A stretch of DNA of 64,000 nt, taken from the IMG/VR virus record IMGVR_UViG_3300037418_001469; one strand, written 5' to 3'. Below the pieces are notes generated by a model. It saw only the letters and a list, made by a program, of their open reading frames with translations, was not told where the DNA came from and searched no databases. Below, in pieces: positions 9,529-20,218 of this stretch. The DNA comes from a virus. The translations under genes and the position numbers were made by a program. Positions within the stretch are counted from its first letter, which is position 1. Each line of letters opens with the position of its first letter.

Positions 9529-10842
9529 ATGAAAAAATCAGATTTTCTAGAAATGAAAGTTCAAAAATCAGGGGAGTCTTTAAAGGGAATTGCAAGTCTT
9601 ATTACTCAGTCTTTTGAGGTTGAAGCAATGACAAAAAGTGATGAAGATGTTTTATCTCGCAAATTAGATTCAATTGGCAAAGGTTTAGCAAGGGATAAAA
9701 GTATTAACGATGGTAATGGTTGGAATGATGATGTACACCATGATGTTTCATTAACTTCTTATACTCATGATAATGGTGGTCTATATGGTACTGAAACAAG
9801 TTCTTCACCTATTGATATCTGCAATTGGTTTGAATTGAAAAACTATTTAAATCAAATATTAGACACTTATTTACAAGCTAGTGGGAATAAAGTTCATTTT
9901 ACTGTTAGAGGTTCTATGCATGTACACAATACATTATCATATACTTATGATGAGGATTACAACCTTCTTAGTGCTGTAAAATTAGACATTAACGGTGTCT
10001 ACCATAATGTGGCTCGTTTTATCCTTAAGTTTATGCCCGTTATGAAATGGTTGGTAATGACTGATAGAAAAGGTGCTCGTGGGGTTCGTGGTTCATCATA
10101 TGGTGATAAATTTGATAATGATAGATTATTTTCTTGGTGGTCTGAATATGAGGGTTCTATAGATACTGATAGCACATACAGACTAACTCATTTTGATAGA
10201 AACTCATGTTTTCGAGTTATGCAAGCTAATTGCTTACACTATGAAAATCGCTTAGCAGATTGTAGTTTTAACGCTACACACATTGGTATGTGGTTGTCAA
10301 TCAATCGTGCAATAACTCTTATGGGTATTGATTTTTCAAGGAATGGTTATTTGTTCAATATCAATGGTGATGATGTAGAATTATCTAGAGACTTGATGTA
10401 TCAACATTCTAGAGGTTATAAATACGTTGGCAAAGAATCTATCGAAATGCTATATAAACAGTTTGTTGGATATCTTGCAAAATATCTTAAAATTATTGGT
10501 TCACTAGAAACTATTGAAGTGATGGATAAGTTAATCAAGTGTCCTATTTCAGAATACTTAAATGAGAACAATATTACTGAGGAATATTGGAATCTAGAGA
10601 TTATAGAAAAAGTGTTTAATACTAGGAATCGTGCTAGTGATACGGTTCTAAGAGATAGATTCTTAGAAGGTATCAAGGCTATGCTTATTCCTAATGCGGA
10701 TAGCTTGAACGACTTCTTAGATAATACTGCAAGTTATCTAGAGGTAGAATCTAAAAAGGTTAAATCATTATATCAGATGTTCAAACGTGAAAACGTGGAT
10801 ATTGAGTTCTTAGGTGGTAGACTTGTATATCTTGGGGATTAA
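9529..10842 (+). CDS. Amidoligase (glutamine synthetase-like COOH-NH2 ligase), long type
   Basis: SFEVE, HDVSL, TETSS, GSMHVH, HYENRLAD; colinear with 26836-28137 including C-terminal extension. Confidence 0.7.
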   Translation: MKKSDFLEMKVQKSGESLKGIASLITQSFEVEAMTKSDEDVLSRKLDSIGKGLARDKSINDGNGWNDDVHHDVSLTSYTHDNGGLYGTETSSSPIDICNWFELKNYLNQILDTYLQASGNKVHFTVRGSMHVHNTLSYTYDEDYNLLSAVKLDINGVYHNVARFILKFMPVMKWLVMTDRKGARGVRGSSYGDKFDNDRLFSWWSEYEGSIDTDSTYRLTHFDRNSCFRVMQANCLHYENRLADCSFNATHIGMWLSINRAITLMGIDFSRNGYLFNINGDDVELSRDLMYQHSRGYKYVGKESIEMLYKQFVGYLAKYLKIIGSLETIEVMDKLIKCPISEYLNENNITEEYWNLEIIEKVFNTRNRASDTVLRDRFLEGIKAMLIPNADSLNDFLDNTASYLEVESKKVKSLYQMFKRENVDIEFLGGRLVYLGD

Positions 10843-10904
10843 TTTCCCCTTGGTATTAAGTTATAAGTTTAAAGTTTAAAATTATATCGTAGGGGGAATT
10901 AATA

Positions 10905-11504
10905 ATGAAAGTGTCCGTACAAGTAGCTAGGGAGCAAATGAGAATCTTACTAGGTGCAGGTGCAGAATTTAATTGGAGAGAGAACTATATTCATGGCACA
11001 TGGTTAGAGTTTAATATTAAATCATGCTATGCGGATAGAGTAGAAACAATTTGTGATATGATTAGTAATGATTGGGGATATGAATTAGACAGAAAAAATA
11101 ATATTGCTACATTCTCATTATTCGATTTTAATAAGGAGAATACAGTGGAAAAGAAACAACTAATTAAGGTTCGCCAATGGTTAACTAGACGAGATAGCAA
11201 CCCTATTCCAATGCGTACTATGGAATGTGTAGTAGTTAGAGAGACAGCTAGAGCAATTCAGGTAAAGTTGAAGGGACATTTAAATCCATCTAGTAATTGC
11301 AATCATTGTGGTAGAAAATTAACGCACCCTGTAAGTTTAATGTATGGGCTTGGTCCTATTTGTGGTGGGCATTTTCATATTAACCCTTGTGATAATGAGC
11401 AACAATTGAAGGCTCGTTATGATGATATGAAGCGTAAAATGGAAAGTGTAACATGGGAAGGTTGGATACCTAGAAGTCAAATAGAATCTATGCAAACAGT
11501 ATAA
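10905..11504 (+). CDS. DUF6011-like zinc-finger protein
   Basis: CNHCGRKLTHPVSLMYGLGPICGGH signature. Confidence 0.75.
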   Translation: MKVSVQVAREQMRILLGAGAEFNWRENYIHGTWLEFNIKSCYADRVETICDMISNDWGYELDRKNNIATFSLFDFNKENTVEKKQLIKVRQWLTRRDSNPIPMRTMECVVVRETARAIQVKLKGHLNPSSNCNHCGRKLTHPVSLMYGLGPICGGHFHINPCDNEQQLKARYDDMKRKMESVTWEGWIPRSQIESMQTV

Positions 11505-11888
11505 TATTATATCCTACACTGCCTATAATCTAAAAATAGATTATGGGCAGGAATGTTATAATATTAAATTATAAGGAGGTGGTAATATGATGACTAGGGA
11601 TGAATTAATTGCGGAATTATTAAAATTGTCACCCAATGATTGTGTAATTGGTGTCTATGTGGAAAGTATTGATAGTGTTGTTGATGTTACTGGTGTTGAA
11701 ATGTATAACGGTGAAATTAATATTAGGGTTGATTATTAAATTATAAGGAGTGGGAAGAATGAGAGACTTATCACATTTAAGCAAAGAGGAATTACTAAAA
11801 TTACTATCTGTTATTTATGATAATGCTGATTTTTTCGGTAATGATATGACCACTGGTATTATCTGTAGGGCAGAGGAGGAAATTAAAA

Positions 11889-13362
11889 ATGTATAAGTGT
11901 TATAGCAAGAAACAATTTGAATATTTCTTAAGGAATTTATTAATTGAGAATCGTTTAGGGTTCTTATCTGATGTTACTGATACACATAATCAAACTTGGG
12001 AATATATATATGAAGTTAGTACACGCAATCCATCTGTTAAAGTTATCATCTTTTCTTCCGTTGATAAGCGCACACAAAAAACTAGAGATAATGGTGATGA
12101 TAGGGTTCGCTTGGTTCTTAGGTGGACTAACAGGAAAGGCGAACACGTTTATAAGCGGTTAGCTAGACATAACCGTATTGAAACACTATTTAACAATGTT
12201 AAGAGTACATTATTAAATGCTAATGTATTCAATCTTAACTTGTCAGAGTTTAGCAATAAACTACCATTTTAAAGGAGTGTTGACAATGGGATTCTCATGT
12301 ATGAAATGCAAAAAATTTACTACTGATTTAGAGTTTATCACCAAGAAAACGCAACCTAAAAAGTTTGATGATTATACTAAAATTGGCGTATGTCCTGCAT
12401 GTAAGGCAAAACGTGAAAAATGGATGAAATCAAGGGGGTTAGCATGATATGTGGATTGTAACTTATTACAATATTAGCACTTGGGATAAAGAGTGGGCTG
12501 AATTTGATACTCGTTGTGAAGCTATGGACTATGCTATGGAAAGATTAGAAAAGCAAAAAGAGTCTGCATACTTAGATGGTAAAGTTAAAGTGTTTTCGTC
12601 TACCGCAGATGATGAAATAGAAGAACCTAAATTAGCTTATAAACTAGCAAAAATGATGGCTGATTGTATTGACAAAGAGAATAGTGTTATTACTATTGAT
12701 GATTTTTATGATAGTGTTGGTATATGTGAATCTAATAGGACTGATTTTGGAACTACTAGTCTTATGAAGGATGCTAATAAATACTTGGACAGATGGGGAT
12801 ATTAACAGTGTTATCTGCCTATGATATAAAATTATATCGTAGGTAGCCTAGACTGTTAAAGTCTAAGATTATATTATTAGGGAGTGTTGGGGATGGCACA
12901 ATTAAAAGTAGATATTGAAAAATTTGTAGTAGAAAATAAGGAGGAATTAGTTAGTAACTACCTTGCTAAGGTATGCACTAAGTTTAAGAGTCAATTATTA
13001 GATTTACATGATGCAAGAAAGGGGTATGATGAAATTATTAGCTTTATCCTATCATTAAAGTATAAGTATATAGTATAATATTATAGTGAGGTTGTTGTAT
13101 GTTGTGGCTATCTTTACTACTATTGCAATTCCTACCTATGTTTCTAGCTTGTGTAAAATCTAATAATCAATTATAAGGAGTGGGGAAAATGACAGATAAG
13201 GGAATAATGATGCTAGATAGAATTTTAGTTATGGTAGAAGAAATCAATTCAGAGTTACATTGGCTAGAGGAACTGCCTACATTAACATGTGAACAAGCGG
13301 ATAGATGGCAACGATTAACTATTAAGCATGAAACTATAAAAGAAATTATGGGGATGATGTAA
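11889..13362 (+). other. Small hypothetical early genes (11889-12272, 12449-12805, 12884-13078, 13180-13362 and shorter ORFs)
   Basis: Co-oriented ORFs with GGAG RBS. Confidence 0.65.
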
Positions 13363-13937
13363 TGACTAGTGGGTTTGGTGTTATAATAGCGATTGTTGAA
13401 TTGTTTCTATATTGTAGCTTAGTAGCTTGTATTGGCTATCTTTTAAACAGATTCTTTCCGCCATTCAAAAAATTAGTTAACTTTCTTGTTAATGCTGATA
13501 AATAATAATTGACAGTTTAAAGCTGATAGTATAATATAGAGTTATACCAACTAGAGGAGAGTGTTAGATTGAGAACGTATAATCTATTATTAAAGCGTAA
13601 AGGTATTATCTGTACTGATACAGTTACTACTAACCCTATCGGTCTAATATTATATCGTTGGAAGAATAGACTTTGGGAAGTTACGGTTATTGAATAGTAA
13701 TTGGTGCTTACAATCTGATTTTAGATTGTAAGTAGTCGTGACTAGTCAATGAGTATAGTCAAATATTATATTAGGAGGTAAGATATGTATATTGTCTCAT
13801 TTACAGATAATAGCGGAAAAGTGCATGAACATGAGCATGAGTATGAAAGCACTGCTAAATTATTTATTGAACACATGAAAGAATTTTATCCTAATAGTAA
13901 TCCTGTTTTAAAAATCAAAAATTAAATTATAAGGGGC

Positions 13938-14366
13938 GTGGGGAAAATGATTAAAGTAGAAAATAATACTGTAAGTGTTAATGGGATATCTATTCAATTT
14001 GATTCTACAACAAGTCTTAATAGTTTTTTATTAGACTATGTTTCTAAGCATGAGCAGGTTGTTTCGCAAGTTGAAAAGATTATTATAGAAAAACCTTTTA
14101 ATTATAAGCTACAAATGTTAATTGATACTTGTGGGTATATTGAAATTGAAGAACTTGGTTTATCAGTTCGTTCTTTCAATTGTTTAAAGCGTGCAGGAAT
14201 TAATATAATTAAAGATGTTCTAGAATTAGATTATGAGCGTATAATTAGAGTAAGAAACTTAGGGATTAGAAGTATTAGAGAAATTGAAAGTGTGGTAAAT
14301 GAGTTCACACGTTCTAATTATATTAATTGGTCTGAATCTTTACCGCCCGTTGCAGTCGAAAATTAA
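13938..14366 (+). CDS. RNA polymerase alpha-subunit CTD-like protein
   Basis: [20 protein letters not shown]...[12 protein letters not shown] versus B. subtilis RpoA [20 protein letters not shown]...VRNLGRKSLEEV; no alpha-NTD. Confidence 0.9.
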   Translation: [142 protein letters not shown]

Positions 14367-14699
14367 ATCTTAAGGAGTGAGTAGCTTTGGAGAAGAAGGA
14401 AATGCAAGGATTTAAAGGAGGAAGCAAAATGAGATTAGTTAAGATGACAATTCATTGGATAATGATGAAGTGGTATTTTCAATTATGGCATAAGGTTTCA
14501 AGAATGACCAATCAAAAATGGCATGACAAATTTTACTATTATGCAGAAACATTGATAAAAATGTGAAAAAACGGGTACCAAAAAATTTTAAAAAATTTGG
14601 TACCTTTTACTTTTTGACTCGTAAAGTTTTAAGTTGACCATTGACAATTGTTTTCTTATGGTGTATGCTTAGGATAGTCAAACAAACTAAATTTAAGGA

Positions 14700-15926
14700 G
14701 TGGTTGTAATGTGTAATGATAAAAAACGTACTTATGGAATCGAACTAGAGGGTTATACAGATGAGAATATTAGGGGTAATCATATAGGTCAGGGTTGGAA
14801 AGTTATTGAAGATGGTTCTTTAAATGATGGAACAGATGAATGTTGTGATTGTGATGGTAGAGGTCACAATGAATGTTATCGTTGTGATGGTAGAGGTAAT
14901 GTTGATTGTGATGATTGTTGCGGTAGTGGTGAAGTTCCTTGCGGTGAGTGTGATTGCACAGGATATATAGAATGCCATCATTGTGATGGTGAAGGCGGTA
15001 GTTGGGTATCTGATGATGAAGGTGATGAAGATTGGGTAGAATGTGAACATTGTGAAGGCAATAAAACATTAGATTGTAATGATTGTAATGGTAGTGGGTA
15101 TACTACCTGTGAAACTTGTGATGGTGACGGTGAAATTGAATGTGAATCTTGTGATGGTAATGGAAGTTACGAGTGTGAATCTTGTGATGGTCGTGGTTCT
15201 CATGGTGATGGTGAATACTATGGTGTTGAATGTGTGAGTGGTATCTTAACAGAAGGTGATTATGAGCCTATTAATCATATATTTGACTATATCGAACGCT
15301 ATGATTGGACTATTGAAGATGATTGCGGTACTCATGTTCATATTGGCGGTGATGATTTAAATGAGAAAGACTTGTCTAAACTTTATATTCTTGCTAATAT
15401 TCTTGAGCCTGCTATTTATGGTTCACTTCCTAGTAATCGTATTAATGGCACTTATGCAAAACACACACAGAGAGATATGGCAGAATATTTAATTGGAAAA
15501 GGAGAGGATATTACATTACAACAATTAGCTGATTATTATTATGGATATAGCGTTAGATTAAACGGACACTTTCAAAAATATGATAGCGCTAGATATTATG
15601 GTTTAAATTTAAACTCTTGGTTCTATCGTAAGACAATTGAGTTTAGATACTTTGAAGGTGCTATCAATAGAGAGAAAGCTAATAATTGGATAGAGTTGTG
15701 CATTAAGCTAGTAGACTTTGCAAAATATACTACCTTTGAGCAGTTAATGGTTATAGGCAAAGACTTCTATTTGATAGATAACCTACAAGAATTACTAGAC
15801 AAAACAGAAGAATTATTAGGTTTAGAGTATAATATTGGAGCATATAGTAACTACGCATATCAGGAATCAAAGCATAATGTAGCAAGTCAATTCAGAGATA
15901 CTCACATTATTACTCGTGCAGTATAA
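14700..15926 (+). CDS. Amidoligase_2-family enzyme with inserted 10x CxxCxGxG DnaJ-like zinc-finger region
   Basis: YGIELE, DGSL, GVECVS, CGTHVH, RYYGLN, TIEFRYF; ten CxxC repeats between DGSL and GVECVS. Confidence 0.85.
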   Translation: MVVMCNDKKRTYGIELEGYTDENIRGNHIGQGWKVIEDGSLNDGTDECCDCDGRGHNECYRCDGRGNVDCDDCCGSGEVPCGECDCTGYIECHHCDGEGGSWVSDDEGDEDWVECEHCEGNKTLDCNDCNGSGYTTCETCDGDGEIECESCDGNGSYECESCDGRGSHGDGEYYGVECVSGILTEGDYEPINHIFDYIERYDWTIEDDCGTHVHIGGDDLNEKDLSKLYILANILEPAIYGSLPSNRINGTYAKHTQRDMAEYLIGKGEDITLQQLADYYYGYSVRLNGHFQKYDSARYYGLNLNSWFYRKTIEFRYFEGAINREKANNWIELCIKLVDFAKYTTFEQLMVIGKDFYLIDNLQELLDKTEELLGLEYNIGAYSNYAYQESKHNVASQFRDTHIITRAV

Positions 15927-15999
15927 TAATTGACTATTAGGTGAAGGGGGGATTGTCCCCCTTTCCTAGTATAATCTAAAATTAAACTATTAAAAATCC

Positions 16000-16452
16000 T
16001 TGTTATTTACTAGGAGGTTTAGTATAATATGTATATACATTAAATTAGGAGGTAGAATTATGGAAAGTAATTATCGTACTATTGAGGTGAAGTTGGGCAA
16101 TTATATTAAGAGATTTGAAATGAGAGATACTTATATTGGTACTTTTGTAGTGGACAATAAGCTATTTAATGTTATTGGCACTCAACATTCAATGGAAAGG
16201 CTAGACGAACGTAACATAAACAAGTATCATATTTTGTCTAGCATTGTCGGATTAGGTGAAAAACTTGCGACACACAATAATAGTGGTAAGCACATTATTA
16301 TTAGTGACGAAAAGAAAGATATCTCTACTATCTTTACAATCGAAAATTTCACTGTAGTATTAATTACTGTGTTGGACAGAGGACAGATGTATATTTCTCC
16401 CAATGTTACACATAAGCGGACAGTCATTGAAACGTATGATAATGTTGGTTAA
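16000..16452 (+). CDS. Hypothetical protein (likely start ATG about 16060)
   Basis: AGGAGG RBS before MESNY; own promoter TTGTTA-N17-TATAAT; TQHSMERLDERNI motif. Confidence 0.6.
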   Translation: MLFTRRFSIICIYIKLGGRIMESNYRTIEVKLGNYIKRFEMRDTYIGTFVVDNKLFNVIGTQHSMERLDERNINKYHILSSIVGLGEKLATHNNSGKHIIISDEKKDISTIFTIENFTVVLITVLDRGQMYISPNVTHKRTVIETYDNVG

Positions 16453-16545
16453 TTAATTAGTGATTGGTTGCCTAGAGTTGATTATTTGATTCTAGGCAAG
16501 GGGTGACTAATTAAAAACTAGTCTAAAATTAGATTACAAGGGAGA

Positions 16546-17271
16546 TTGATAGGTATGACATTTAAAATTGAGGGACAATGTGTAGCTTGTGAAAATATGG
16601 CAGTAGATGAAGTACTAGATGAGACTATGGTAGAATATTTGAGTGTGTGTGACGATTGCTACAAAGAAGTATTTATCAATGTTGCTAATAGTGGGGAGCA
16701 ATATTTCTTTGAGTGGGCAGAAGAAATGTATGGTACGGAAAAAGCAGTAGGACTAACAAGTGAAATTTTTGGTCAAGAGTCTACTATTAGATTAGGAGTT
16801 GAAGATATGGGTAAAAAGCGGAAAAGAAAAGAAAATGAAAGAATGATAACTATGTTTACTTATGGCATATTAAAATATCCTTACAACATTAAACGTGAAG
16901 GCGGTATAAATATAGTCGAAAATTCGTTTATAAGAGGACATAAAATGCATCTTTATGCTAGTTCGTTCCCTATTACTAGAATGACTAATGATGATACAGA
17001 TTTTGTTTATGGCACACTATTTGAAGTACCTGAAAGTCAAGTATTATACTCTTATGATTTTACAGAAGGATATAACCCTAAAGCACACCCTTCTATGAAT
17101 ATGTATAATAGAATAGAGGTTGAAGTAGTTAAGCCTAATGGTGAAATTGTAATTGCTAATATGTATTATGCTAATCAAAGACAGTTTGCCCAACATTTGA
17201 ATAATAACACATGGATTCCTACAGGAAATTTTGATGATAGACAAATGGCTAAGTCATACAAAAGGAAGTGA
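16546..17271 (+). CDS. Gamma-glutamylcyclotransferase (GGCT/AIG2-like) with N-terminal Zn ribbon; internal start at 16807
   Basis: MFTYGILK, VYGTLFEV, YDFTEGY (catalytic Glu position), YNRIEVEV, ANMYY; N-terminal CVAC..CDDC. Confidence 0.8.
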   Translation: MIGMTFKIEGQCVACENMAVDEVLDETMVEYLSVCDDCYKEVFINVANSGEQYFFEWAEEMYGTEKAVGLTSEIFGQESTIRLGVEDMGKKRKRKENERMITMFTYGILKYPYNIKREGGINIVENSFIRGHKMHLYASSFPITRMTNDDTDFVYGTLFEVPESQVLYSYDFTEGYNPKAHPSMNMYNRIEVEVVKPNGEIVIANMYYANQRQFAQHLNNNTWIPTGNFDDRQMAKSYKRK

Positions 17272-17514
17272 TGCTATGAAAGATTGTCTAGGTCTTTTCT
17301 TACTTGGACTTGGTGGAATATATTTATTCTTCTTATTGATTGTTTGTAACCTATAAAATTAAACTATAAACTTTTAGTTGACAATTGAAAGTGAGGTATG
17401 CTATGATTGAGGTAGCTAATACAGTAGTGATTGCAGTTTGTCTTTGTTGGTTCGGTTCTTATATTGTAATAATAGACTATAAGGCAAACAAAAAATTGAA
17501 AGAGGGTAGATAAT

Positions 17515-18962
17515 ATGTCAATTAAATTAAACATTGGCGATTCTGTTTATGTAGATAACAATGAAACGTTTATAGTCGAAAAAAGAACTGTAGGGTATGC
17601 ACTTGTTGGTTTAAGCGGTGAGACAGTAGCTAAATTTCCTCACCTTGCACAAATACCACATTATCTCAATAGCATATATGATACAGTGGAAATAATCAAA
17701 AATAAGACTGTAAGTGAGAAAACTAAGGTAGAATATAGTATTATAACAGATGAATTAGAATATGTCGATGGCTTTGATGATACTATCTATATGGCACTAC
17801 AGAACATTGGCAAGATTAAAGGAATGAACATAGAAAAAATGTATCGTGAAGGTATTCTTACTAATGAGATGTTAGCTGAGATTCGTGTTTTTGTAGTCGA
17901 ATATTTGAATAAAGTTACAGATAATACTATTGACCTTTCTCCACCTGAAAAAGAATACAAATTAGGTGATGAAGTAACCGTATATTATGAAGATACTGTT
18001 CAAAATGCTACTATTATATGGTTGTCTGATGAAGAGAAGTATGGTCTATTACTTTACGGTGAGTTTACAGTCGAATATTCTACTGCTAATGCAGATTGTG
18101 ATAGTCCAACTAATTATATCTTGTGGCTACAAAGAAACTATGGTTTAAATATAGAGTAGGAAATTAAACTATTGGAGGAGATAGTATGAGTATTGAAAAT
18201 CAGAAAAGATTTTATATTGACTTCAATTCAATTAGAATGTGCTATCCATATGAAATAAGTAAAAGAATTAATGATTTTGGAGTGTTAGAACAATATAAAG
18301 ACAAGAAATATACAATGGCAGAGATAAATCAAATAGTTGCAGATTTAATAATGAAGAATCCATATATTAGTAATTCTATGTTCATTAAAATTTGTGTTAT
18401 GAGTGGCATGGGTTATCATCATATATTAGACATTAAGAACTATAATTATAGCAAGCAAGAGCGAACAGATAAAGAGGTTAGGTTTCAATATTAGAGTAGA
18501 ATTTTCTACTCTTGGGATTTCAATTTAGTATTATACCTTAAGGAGTGATTACTATGGTCAAATATTCTACCAATATAGGTGTTACTGTTGTTTGTCTTTC
18601 TCCTATTGAAAAAGGTGATGTTATTAATGTTGTTGACAAGAAAGGAAATTCTGTTACTAAGTATGTGGAAAGTATTAAAGATAATCACTTAGAACTAGAA
18701 AGTTACCATATTCAATCAGTCATAATCAAACATTAAACTTTAAGGAGGTGATAACATGTCTCACATAGGAGATGGTAAGTTGTTTGCTATCGGTGATGCT
18801 TTGATGCAATTACAAAAACGCACATGGTGTCATATATCAAGTCGTAGAGAGACAGAAATTCAATTAATTCTTGAGATTGTTCATAAATTAGATTATAACG
18901 TAGAAGTGGACACAACATTAGATGGAGTAACTCGAATCTTTATATCGAATTACCTTGACTAA
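17515..18962 (+). other. Hypothetical early genes (17515-18159, 18186-18494, 18545-18736, 18756-18962)
   Basis: Co-oriented ORFs with RBS. Confidence 0.65.
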
Positions 18963-19092
18963 AATGTTAAGGTTGTGGTAAGATATAATAGTAAACAGTA
19001 AGGGATAATGCACCTAGAAAATAAAAAAACAGTTGACAAATGAAAGTTGAATGTGGTAAGATTAAACTAACAAATATTAAGGAGTGTTGTAA

Positions 19093-19992
19093 ATGAATGA
19101 AAAGTTAAAGGTGACACGCACATTAGGATTTGAAATTGAGTGCTTTGCAGATGTACCTTCTCGAACAGATAGTTGGGGTGACACATATGTTGATTATGAT
19201 GATGTATCTATTCGTAATTGCGAAGTTAGTACTGATGGTTCATTATATGGAGGTAGCGGTACTCCATTAGAAGCAAAGACAGACCCTATTAAAAATCTTA
19301 ATATTGTAGAAGAAGTTTATAAAGAGTTAAGCGGAATGGATATGAACGTAAATAAAACCTGTGGTCTACATATTCATGTAGATACTAGCGACTACACAAT
19401 TGAGGATAAAGCAAAGTTGTTACGTTTTGGAGCAGGAATTGAATTACTAATGTTCGCATTAGTTGACAAGTCTCGTCAAGGAAACGAATATACAGAAAAA
19501 CTTCATAAAGGTTGGAGAAAGTTATTTCGTTCCAATTTTATGACGCAAAGTATTCCTTTTGATTCTTTTAACAATTTTAGTCAATTAGAAAGATATATAC
19601 AGAATAACTCTACACATAGAGATGCTAGACATATTTGGAATGGTAGATACCAATGGTTAAATGCAGTAGTTAGTCATTGTCCTACCGCAGAGTTTAGAAT
19701 CTTTAGCGCTACTACTGATTATAAACAAGCACAAAAGTTTGGCATGTTAGCCTATCATATCGTAGAAACAATCAAAAATTCTACTATAGAACAAGTAAGG
19801 TTCATTATTCAATCTATCTATCAAAGTCAATCAGTGGACGAAATGCTTGACAGACTATTCGACTCTATTGGATTAGACGGTGAGTTCAGACCTGAAATTT
19901 TAAATGATAAAATGGCTGAATATATTGACAATAAGTTCTGCAAGCCTATTCGTGAGCGTGAATTAGTAGGCGGTGAGCAACGAGCAGTTTAA
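19093..19992 (+). CDS. Amidoligase_2-family enzyme
   Basis: LGFEIE, TDGSL, LEAKT, TCGLHIHVD, GRYQWLN, TAEFRIF. Confidence 0.88.
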   Translation: MNEKLKVTRTLGFEIECFADVPSRTDSWGDTYVDYDDVSIRNCEVSTDGSLYGGSGTPLEAKTDPIKNLNIVEEVYKELSGMDMNVNKTCGLHIHVDTSDYTIEDKAKLLRFGAGIELLMFALVDKSRQGNEYTEKLHKGWRKLFRSNFMTQSIPFDSFNNFSQLERYIQNNSTHRDARHIWNGRYQWLNAVVSHCPTAEFRIFSATTDYKQAQKFGMLAYHIVETIKNSTIEQVRFIIQSIYQSQSVDEMLDRLFDSIGLDGEFRPEILNDKMAEYIDNKFCKPIRERELVGGEQRAV

Positions 19993-20038
19993 AAAAGTTG
20001 TTGACAGTTGAAAGTTGATGTGCTAAGATAGTATTACA

Positions 20039-20185
20039 GTAAGCAATCCTCTAGGGAGGGACGGACACCCTCCTCTCATGAAGCCCATCCTCCTTGAGTA
20101 AGAGGAAAATTATTTTAAATTGGTAAGGGGACTACAGGAGATTGACTGACTATCTATCTCTTGCCTTGCCTAGAGGATTGCTTAC
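20039..20185 (+). ncRNA. Structured 147-nt leader or small RNA closed by a perfect 17-bp stem
   Basis: GTAAGCAATCCTCTAGG (20039-55) / CCTAGAGGATTGCTTAC (20169-85) just after promoter 20001-20029; internal hairpins. Confidence 0.65.
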
Positions 20186-20218
20186 AATAAAATAATAGAC
20201 TATTGGAGGTTATTGTGA

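Noticed and set aside
13938-14366. rpoA gene symbol
   Set aside because: Only the CTD is homologous; it cannot assemble into RNAP as an alpha subunit
14803-15069. His/Asn-rich and Thr/Ile-rich minus-strand ORFs
   Set aside because: Antisense read-outs of the TGT/GAT-rich Cys repeat in 14700-15926
14700-15926. DnaJ chaperone
   Set aside because: No J-domain or HPD motif; flanks carry amidoligase motifs
20075-20110. Hammerhead ribozyme in the 147-nt element
   Set aside because: Core reads CTCATGA rather than CTGANGA and the stems do not fit the hammerhead topology
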